A stretch of DNA of 64,000 nt. It comes from Amphiscolops sp. MND2022 (taxonomy: Eukaryota). Made by a program: the position numbers and the translations under genes. Location: contig OZ076409.1 in the NCBI GenBank assembly GCA_964187785.1, positions 806,001-870,000 of the forward strand. The letters are read 5' to 3'. Shown in pieces: positions 54,848-64,000 of this stretch (position 1 is its first letter; the number at the start of each line of letters is the position of its first letter). A model generated the notes under the pieces. It saw nothing but the letters and a program-made list of their open reading frames with translations, was not told where the DNA came from and made no database searches.

Positions 54848-56011
54848 TACGAATTATCGCTTTACGGAAAGAAACAAAACTGAAGGAAGATATGCCACTG
54901 TTAATATTGAATCAAAAACATTTTTCATTGAGGAATCATTTTCTCAATCTACTATAGTTGTAGTGAATATCGTTTCAGACAGTAACCCACTGTATATTAG
55001 CTAGCATTGATGGTATTCGTACAAATTGCTGAATCTTACTTGTTACTTTATTTCTTAAAAGTTATATTTTTTCAGGTACAAAGTCAGAATGTTTAAAACC
55101 TTGCTTTTTCTAAATACTAAAAGAATTTGGTGTTTTTTCTTTTCTTTTTTTTTTTAAAAAACATGGCTCATACATTTTTTTGCACAGAATCTAACATCTT
55201 TTAGACTGCTTGAATTGAATGAGAATGTTTAATGGAACAGTTTTGACAAGAAAGACATCCTCACTTCATTTATACAGCTGCTCATGAAATAAACAACAGA
55301 AATTGAATGATTGAGAAGCATGCCGGCTTGCTTGTGTCCGTTTGGTTTCATCGAGAGCTCCCCCCCCCCCAGACGCTCAACTAATTACCAACGCATGGTA
55401 CCGTGATAATTTCCTGAACTTGTTGAAATGCTGTACTAGTTTGGGCAGCATAAATGCTGCAATTGTATAGATTGTTTTGAGGAAAAGAGGTTCACGCCTA
55501 ATTAGAACCTTTCTGGCTTCTTGCGTCTTTTCCATATCCAATTGTTGAAGCAACTGAGAAGCTTTAAAAATCACAGATCTCATTAGATGAGCTTATTATT
55601 CACGAAATTTTCTAAATGTAGCAGCAAATTAGCCTTTTTGAAAGTGCAATAAGCTCTAATTGAGCCTAGATGTGATTCTTCGAGCAGTGGTAGTAATATA
55701 AAACAGCTTCTACTCTTAGCTGTTTCAAGCTGAATGAAACCTGATTGAACAGCATTTGCATTTTCAACAAGTTACACAACCTCAAACGCTTTCCCAATTC
55801 CAAAATCCAAATTGACCCTAAATACCAAAGCGGTGCTTAAAAGGAGCATAAATTGATTGTTTCAACCTCTGTTCCGTTTTGCCAGAAACGCATCTTTTTA
55901 GCACTGTTTTTATTTAACAAAGTATTGTACCGTGTTTGTTACGGTATGAACGGCATAACCATTAGCAAAAGTGAAGTTTTCTCCAACGTTGAGAAAAAAA
56001 TGGGTTTGTAT

Positions 56012-56395
56012 TAATCTTAATTGACCCGGGCGTTTTTGCAAATTTTCAAAAAATTTGATTAAAAAATATAAGTCATCAATATCTCCACAACTACGCATAC
56101 CAGAGAAACGAACTATAGCGCGTTTGAAAGGTCTGGTATTGGGCTTTCATTTTGATCAGATGAGCCCCTGTCGCCGCGCGGCCCTTCTAATTTTAGTTTC
56201 GTTTTCCGGTACCGCCGCTTCGCGGCCGTTACGCACTTCTCAAAAGTCCTTGACCAAAAAACGTATCAGACACTGTATCACACCTTTCAAACGGGATATA
56301 TTTTATTTCTCTGGGATGCGTAGTTGGGGAGATATTAACGATTGAAAAGAATCCGAATTTCCCCAATGCTAATTAGAGTTAACCTTCAATTAAGA
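56012..56395. repeat. Foldback/MITE-like element with long imperfect inverted arms
   Basis: AATATCTCCACAACTACGCATACCAGAGAAA...GTTTGAAAGGT mirrored at ~56281-56336; CTTAATTGA and TCAATTAAG ends. Confidence 0.55.
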
Positions 56396-56809
56396 AATCT
56401 CCATTTTCAACAGAATACATCACGAAAGTTGAACGTAACGGAGCCCAGATCCTTGTGTGAAGTTTCAGCAGACCATGAGAAAGACCGGAAAGAGACATTT
56501 TTAAAAAACTCAGAAAAATTAAAAACTCGAAACAAAGATTTTGAAATGATAATAGAGAAGCAAATCAGCTGAGAAACGTGCCAAAAACTGACACTTTGCA
56601 AGGAATTGCACTTCAAAAATACAAAACCAACACGAGGGTTTTTCTAATGAAGTAAAACCAAACATATTATTTGATTGCATGAAACGAGTTGATCCAAAAA
56701 CCGAAAACTGAGTTAAATGTTATCCACAATTCATTTTCACCAAATCAGACTATTCAGAAGCAGCTTACAATTCCATACAAAGGTGTTCCACTAATGAGTC
56801 ATACCACTT

Positions 56810-57090
56810 GGGTATTATTCCCAAAAAAGTGATTTTAGACTTAATCCTAAAAAATAGTGATTTCAGACGTTATTCTACCAAAATACGCTGATTTTAGACG
56901 TTATTCCAGTAAAATACGATGTTTTTAGATCTTATTCTACCAAATCAGGGTGATTTTAGACGTTCTTCCATAAATATGGTCATTTCAGAAGTTATTTTCA
57001 AAAAAGTGATTTGAGATGTTATTCTACCGTAATACAGTGATTTTATGCCTTATTCCAGTGAAATAGTGATTTTTGATTTTATTCCAACAA
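56810..57090. repeat. Degenerate ~30-bp minisatellite (GTGATTTTAGACGTTATTC core)
   Basis: About nine diverged tandem units visible. Confidence 0.75.
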
Positions 57091-57616
57091 AGCCTCCAAG
57101 TATGGGCCATTTTCATCAAGAAATTATGACAATCTAACCAAAAATTCAAAAATTCTGCCTATCAATCGGCTTCAGGAAACACGGTGCCGAAACCGTCCTT
57201 AATGCTACCCGGGTCATTAAGGTAACCCTGTAGGAGAAGATTTGTTTACAGTTCTAATGTCGTATAATGTGACACGCGCAAAGTTCATGCTCCAAAGATA
57301 AATTCGAATTTTTCACCTCTTGAATTACTTGATACGAATCTTGACATGGATCTTGTCAAGAATTTCAAAATTTTTTAACGGTCCAAGAATATTTCAAGAC
57401 CTTATCAAGGGTTTCAAGAGCTAACTGAAATTTGCTGGAAAGCCCAAGATCTTGGCAAGAGTTTCAAGATAGTTTACACTGGGAAGTTTTTTCTTGTTAC
57501 ACTTTAAAAGGTACTCCGAAATGGCGATACCTTTCTCAAACTACATGTATTGACGGGGAATGAAATTATAGTTGACTTGACATTAAGGACAGAAACATGG
57601 GTTAACCAAATCTGAC

Positions 57617-60600
57617 TGTAATCGCGTGGTCTAAGCTTTGTTGAAAAGAGTATTCAGTGGTAACTATCTTGTGTATTGTTTCAGACCATATGGTGATGTT
57701 GAATCTTTTGGTTGAACAAATTGTTCAACGGAGCAGGTATTTTGTCAACACAATGGTTGCTCTTTTATGATCGCTACCACATTCCCCCGCCGGCAATTGA
57801 CGGTTGGGAATTTCGTTCACACTACAAGTAACAAGAACATAATGTACAAGGTTAATGAAGTAAGTAGTTTAATAAAATGTCACAACTAAGAAGTTTCAAA
57901 GAGAGAGTTTATTTTGGTTTTGACACTGCGCATATGTACACAGACGGCCGTGTCGATCTGGCGCCTTCCTGGACCTTCGGGCCCGTTCCTCTACCGTTGG
58001 GGTATCGTTGGCAGTGTCTTGGTTGCAGTTTCTTTCGTTTTCTTCTAAGTCTGCGAAGACCTGGGCTGTTTGCTGTTTCTTCTCATTTTCGATCTCTTCC
58101 ATCACATAGTTTTTGGCTTTCTTGGGTTTTGGTTGTTTTCTCGTCTTCTTTTCGCCTCTGGCCACTTCTCTTTTGGATAAGACGATCTCATTGGTCCTTT
58201 CGGCTGGCACAAATTTGATGGTGTGGCTAGTTTCTCCAGTGATTTCCCCCTTCGTTTTTTGAAAAGTCCTGCCAGTTTTCTTTTTCTTTGGCGGTTTCGT
58301 ACGAATATGGTGCTGTCATCATCTCTTGGAAATTCTTTCAGTTTTTCCAAGTCCACAGTTCTGTCGAATTCTAAATCATTCAATTCTTTGTACAGTTTTA
58401 CAATTATCGATGTTACAGTGTTTGGTTTTCTACCTGTATGTCGCTCGTAGGAAGATTTTCCGTCTTTTCCCTTGTTGGTCCTTAGCGCACTTATTAGTTC
58501 GTAGAACAATTTGTTTTGTTTCTCAGTTAGTACTTCAGGGTTCGCTCTTAGCCTCTCATTTATTGTCCTCACCAGTCTTTCGACTTTTCCATTTCCCCGG
58601 TGATCATATAGGGGACAGACTACGTGTCGCATCCTAGTTCTTTTTGGAACTGTCTAAACTCATTTCCCATAAATACCGTAGCCTGATCCCTTCTTAATTT
58701 TTGCGGAATTCCATTGTCACTAATATATTTCCGTAGGAATTCTGTTACTTCTTTGATTGCAGTGTTTTTGACAAATTTTAAGGTCGGATATGCGGAAAAT
58801 TGATCTATGGCTACGAGTAAATATTTTTTATTTTCAGGTGCGCCAGCGAATGGTCCCATAAAATCGAGTGCTACTTCTTCATTTACTTGTTTTGCCTTTT
58901 GAACAGTTCCAAATTCGCTTTGTCTTTTAAGAACTTTAATATTCTTACCTGCGTTTTGGCAACTTTTGCAGGTCTTTGCGGACGCCACAATTTGTCTGTG
59001 GATCTGAGGCCACCAAACTTCGTCTACGGATCCTAACATTGCATCACGACCTGGGTGTCCACTGTGGATGCTATTTAGGACTACCTGCCGCATGTCACGG
59101 GGAATAACTAGCCTGTTCTCGAAGAAAACTAGTTCTCGATCCACTCTTAGATCTTTGAATACTGGCTTGAACAATTTGTTTTCCTTTCTTAGGAAATTTA
59201 CATCTCGGCGTAATACTGCCTCTCTGACATTTTGTAATCCAGAATCAGATTGGTAATATGCCATTAAGATAATGTCGTTTATTTCTTTGAATGTTTTTAC
59301 TTTTAGAAATTTAACTTCAGGTAAATGCTCGGTAGATGTAGAAGGGTTGTTTTCTTCAATTGATGATACTATTGATTGAATAGGTGAGGTTTTCAAATTT
59401 TGCGACTGAACAATTTGTTTATTCGGAACGCTCTTTGAAGTTTTACTTAAATTACGTAGAGCGTTCTTTTCGCGGCTTGCTTGAAGGCGACTCATTTTGG
59501 AGTGTTTGCTAATCCGATTAGTGCTAGCGACGTTCTCGCTTTCCGTTCTTTCGCTCGCACTTTGCTCAATTCCTATTGGTTGATTGAACAAGTTGTTCAA
59601 TCTGTGATTGGTGTATAGCTGCCTATAGTAGTCTTTATTTATTTCTTCTACTGAATTCACTACAAACCAACTCTCCCATAGTTCCGTCGCATTTTTAGAC
59701 CATTCTTTTTCGTTATATTCGTTAGGGCGGCGGGACAAATAGTCCGCTAATCCCAGAGTTCTACCCGGTTGATGTATAACTTCCATGTCGAAGGGTAAAA
59801 GGCGGTCTATCCATCTAGTGAGTCTGCTGGAATACGTTTTATTTCCGTGGTGACTTTTTAAGGCTGTTTCAAAGGCTTTATGATCCGAAACTACTTCAAA
59901 TTTTGTACCGTATATGTAATTTCGGAAATGTTCTACGGTCCAGACGATGGCAAGGAGTTCTAATTCATTCGTAGAGTATTTCATTTCGTAGTTACTCAAG
60001 TATCTTGAAGCGCAAGATATGAGTTCCCACTCCTTTTCGCCCTTTTCCTGTAGCAGTAGTGCGCCCAATCCTTGGTGGCTGGCGTCGCAAATTATTCGCA
60101 ATTTGTTTTCTCTATTAAAATGTGACAATTTTATAATATTTTGGAGGCTTTTTTGTACTTGATCAAAAGCGATGTCATGTTTCTCTTTCCACTCCCAATT
60201 TCCGTCCGTTTTTAACAAATCTCTAATCGGTTCCGTCAGCTGGGCTAGTCCGGGTATAAATTTTATCAACTGATTCACTGCCCGAGGTACGATCTTAGAT
60301 CTTTCAAGTTTTTCGGTTTCATTTTTCCGGATATACCCTGTATTTTCTCATTATGTGGTTTCACTCCCTTTTCTGATATGTCAAATCCGAGCCATTCAAT
60401 CTCGTTCTTTGCAATTTTGCATTTATCTTCTTTTAGTTGTAATTTTCTACTATCTAATTTTTTAAAAGCTTCTCTAACCTTTTCTTCATGTTCTTCTTTT
60501 GTTCCCTTTGTTACTATTAAAATGTCATCTATAAAAACATAGACATTTGCATTATTAAAGAAAATTTCTTCCATTATTCTTTGAAATTCGGCGGGCATTA

Positions 60601-62603
60601 CTGTCAACACGTAAAATCCTGTTAAAATTGGTAAATACCGCTAGCCTTACCGCCTACAATTGCGAAATTACAATGTTTTGCTAAACTAGGGTTTAAAAGA
60701 ACTTGTCCAAACGCGTATTTCAAATCTACTGATGTGAACCAGACTTTTCAAGGTCCGTCGCCTGTGATTGTTTCGGCTAATGAGCAAATTAAATCGTCTA
60801 AGTTGGGCATTTGATATTTGTCTTTCTTTATGTTTTCATTCATGACTCTTGCGTCCAATGCGATTTTTATGCTTTTGTCTTTTTCAACTGTAATAACTGT
60901 GGGTTGTATAAAAACGTTGTTTCTTCATTTATCTCGTTGACTTTCTCAATATGTCTCATTTTGATCAATTTTTTGATTTCAATTTCAACCGAATTTTGTA
61001 GTTGGAGCGGTATCCTACGTCCATTTTGTTGTTTCGGTACGCAGTTTTCTTTAAATTGCGCGTTTATTTCGTGACCTTCTAATCGTCCTTTTTGTGAAAA
61101 TACTCCTTCAAATTCTTTAAACAATTTGTTCGTCGGTTCGCTTATGCAATTAATTTCACACTTACCACCTTCCGTCTTTAATTAGATTCCGAGGCCTCTT
61201 AGCCAATCTCTCCCTACCACTGTCCTCGTCCCATTTTCCGCAACTAATGCGCGCACTTTCTCCAGTTTCTTCGCCCCGGATTCGACTTGGCCAATAATTG
61301 CACCCAAGAATTCGATCTTGTTGCTGCTATAGTCGACATACTTCTCATTCTTATTGAGCGGTTTCATCGTAAAGTGCTTTCCAAAAATCTTTTCTGCGTG
61401 GGCCCTGGTGAAAATCGTGATTGGCGACCCGGTGTCGATAAGCGCATGGAACGGTTTTCTGTTGAATTTGCCTTTCAACACGAACGGCTTGTTCTTTGGG
61501 GTCTCTCCATCTATATGTAGAATTTCTACTTCCTCGGCAGATTCTTCTTCTGAACTGCTCCAAGGGCTTTTTGTGCGAATCGCATTTACCTTCCGGTTTG
61601 CTGTGTTATTCTTCTTTGTCTCTGAGGTCTTTAGTCTACACATTCTGGCGTAGTGGCCGGTTTTTCCGCAATTTCTGCATTCTACGCCTTTTGCTTTGCA
61701 GACTCTTCGTATGTCCCATTACAAAGGGTTTTTCGCCGCATTTATAGCATTCATTGTTCTTCTCCACCCCGAACACGGCTTCTGCTTTGATATTTGCAGT
61801 TTCCACACAAATTGTTTTTTTCTGCTGCGCACCCTGTTCAAAGGCAATGGCAAATATTAATGTCTCCTCGGGGTTATCCTTAGGCTCAGTAAATAGCCTC
61901 TCTTGGACCACCACCTTCTTCATGTTGGAGACAAAAATGTCGTAAACTAAGCTGATTGTTTGGGTTCCAAAGTCACAATTTGAAGCCAGCCCGTTTAGTG
62001 CATGCCAAAATTGCTCTAGGGTCTCTCCTTCTAATTGTTTGCGGTTGAAGAATTTGTGTCTATCCATAAGTCTGTTTCGCTTCTTGTGGAAGGCATCTTG
62101 GCATTCTTTTAGCAGTTCGTCTAAGTTCATGGTTTCTATATCCATGTTGGGTTTTCTGTCCAAAAGCGTTTTCCTTGCCGCCTCCTCGAGCGCAGTGTAA
62201 AGGAAACTAACTGCCTTTTTCTGAGCTATTTGTTCTTCTGACCCGCCCATCAGCTCTTTTCTTCTGGCATTTGTTGAGGCATCTCTGGTCAGTTCGTCCG
62301 GGGAGATTGAGGACTTTGCCATTAATGTGGCCTCGAAAAGCTCGATCCATCGGCTCCACTCATAAACTCTCTCTGCTGATGCATCTTGCCAAAATACGGG
62401 TATGCCCGAAACAGGCTGATTTTCGGCTCGCAGCGCCATGTAATCGCGTGGTCTAAGCTTTGTTAAAAAGAGTATTCAGTGGTAACTATCTTGTGTATTG
62501 TTTCAGACCATATGGTGATGTTGAATCTTTTGGTTGAACAAATTGTTCAACGGAGCAGGTATTTTGTCAACACAATGGTTGCTCTTTTATGATCGCTACC
62601 ACA
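57617..62603 (-). mobile_element. Ty3/gypsy LTR retrotransposon C (5.0 kb, Mag-like, no cargo)
   Basis: 165-bp LTRs 57617-57781 and 62439-62603 (one mismatch seen); TSD CTGAC; PBS TGGCGCTGCGAGC (tRNA-Ser-like); purine tract GCGGGGGAA. Confidence 0.95.
57896..62439 (-). pseudogene. Element C gag-pol, multiply frameshifted
   Basis: CYKCG knuckle; LIDTGS protease; VFIDDILI RT; ICDAS, NELELLA, ADYLSR RNase H; IHSGHPG...CKSC, LDFMGP, NGKVER integrase. Confidence 0.93.
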
Positions 62604-62671
62604 CTGACGGTGCTTCGTTTGGGCAACACTGACTGCACGTTTCAGTATCCAATCGATGCCAAATCAAGACT

Positions 62672-63133
62672 GGGACCATGTCATCTTCCCCCCCCCCCAG
62701 GTACACCTTGTTGGGAATCCCCCCAACACGAAAGCACATTTTGTTCTTGATTAAAAATATTTAACTAATAAGAGAATATTATATGAATGTATACACTTAG
62801 AGGATTGTCTCTGCAACTGTTTGGACACTTCAGGTAAACAATTATCATAATTTTTGGCTATTACTGTCCAAAATAGCAGAAATTCACGTTTGGAACAAGC
62901 TAAAATCGTATAAAAAGGCCCTTATTTCAGCGCAAATTTTAACCGCTATAAAATCTAATGAGCATCTTTTAACTGACAGTCAATGTAATGGATAGGATTA
63001 TGTCGACATCAATTATTTTATTGGACCAAAATTTCAACGCAAACTATGTCGACATAATGGTATTTGAACCTTCTGTCTTATTCCCCACCCACCGCAGTTT
63101 TTTCTGTGGGGGGGGCATAGATGACATGGTCCC
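62672..63133. mobile_element. MITE (462 bp) with TIR GGGACCATGTCATC and 6-bp TSD AAGACT
   Basis: Perfect 14-bp TIRs; AAGACT at 62666-62671 and 63134-63139. Confidence 0.88.
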
Positions 63134-63392
63134 AAGACTGCTATAGAACGGCCAAAGTGTGGATTTGGTGAACAAGTTTAGCCTTCCCGTAAAAAATGCT
63201 TCAAGTTCAATTGAGTGAAACTTTTTGCGATGTATGCGACGGCAGTTAATCTAGATCCTCATCGTGTTAAAACGGGTACAGGGAATTATATTTCTGTCAT
63301 TTGTAATGCGCTGCAACAGTAGCATGCAGGGGTGCTGTGTTTAGTGTGTAAACGCTGATGTTATATATTTTTACGTACATTTTTTACGTAAC

Positions 63393-63455
63393 CTACGGGG
63401 AATCGAACCCACGACCTAACAATCGGAAAGCTAGCGCGTATCCTACTTGGCCAAA
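63393..63455 (-). repeat. tRNA-derived SINE-like head
   Basis: A box TGGCCAAGTAGG and B box GGTTCGATTCC; related GGTCGTGGGTTCGA motif at ~36738-36751. Confidence 0.5.
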
Positions 63456-63536
63456 CTTTCTTGAGAACTGTCAAATTTTGTTTGTTTTTAATCTTCTCGT
63501 TTAACAGTGGCAGGCAGGAGTGTTTAGTGTGTTTAG

Positions 63537-63704
63537 TGTGTACACGCTGCTGTTGATCACGGTGGACAGATTCGTGAGTGTGAAGTGGCCCTTCGAGCGG
63601 AGGGTGAGGCAGCTGCCGGTGTGGGTGTGGAGTGGCACCATCTTCACCCTCGCCTCCCTCTCCGCCACGCCCTACACCGCCATCACCAAACTGGAGCCCC
63701 TCAT
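63537..63704 (+). CDS. Class A GPCR, coding exon 3 (end of TM3 with DRF, ICL2, TM4); gene continues past the window
   Basis: Phase-2 acceptor gives SVYTLLLITVDRFVSVKWP, with exactly 25 residues from Cys3.25 to Arg3.50; donor AT|GTGAGT at 63705. An in-frame alternative AG lies 9 nt upstream. Confidence 0.9.
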
Positions 63705-64000
63705 GTGAGTAGCAGTACAATATACACTATGCACTATACACTATACACTGCACATTTTTCGGCCCCCCCATACACTATACCCCCATACACTATAACCCCT
63801 ACCCGGGTTGACCCTCTTACCAGCATCTTGGCTGTCTTGGCAAGATCTTGCCAAATTCTTACTACATTTTGGCAACCATGGAACCCATGGCAAGATTCTT
63901 ATCAAGATCTTACTAAGATTATACATTATTCCAAGATCGTATCTTATCACGATGGACAAAATTCTAAGATTATTAAAAACCCCTTACCTTCGGTACAAGC

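Noticed and set aside
54395..63133. One large TIR transposon bounded by ~450-bp inverted repeats enclosing element C
   Set aside because: The right-hand repeat is a complete MITE with its own TIRs and TSD, so these are two independent copies in opposite orientation

Overview
AT-rich animal (probably invertebrate) genomic DNA. The host content is the first three coding exons of one rhodopsin-class GPCR gene (+ strand; 4479-4779, 28015-28168, 63537-63704), separated by ~23 kb and ~35 kb introns packed with mobile DNA. The introns contain three TSD-flanked Ty3/gypsy LTR retrotransposons (A 14090-25954 minus, B 37983-54144 plus, C 57617-62603 minus), two solo LTRs, Helentron-like non-autonomous elements, MITEs, tRNA-like SINE heads and a LINE fossil; a 3' LTR of an A-related family lies upstream of the gene. 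Main observation: related elements A and B each carry, between pol and the 3' LTR and antisense to gag-pol, a 7-exon spliced gene of ~1000-1090 codons. The two products align with each other, share intron positions and look like hAT-type DNA transposase derivatives lacking the catalytic residues (family assignment is by eye, not by search). In this lineage the Gag frame starts inside the LTR (four families) and in A runs through the primer-binding site. All copies here carry inactivating lesions. Coordinates were counted by hand and may be off by a few bases.
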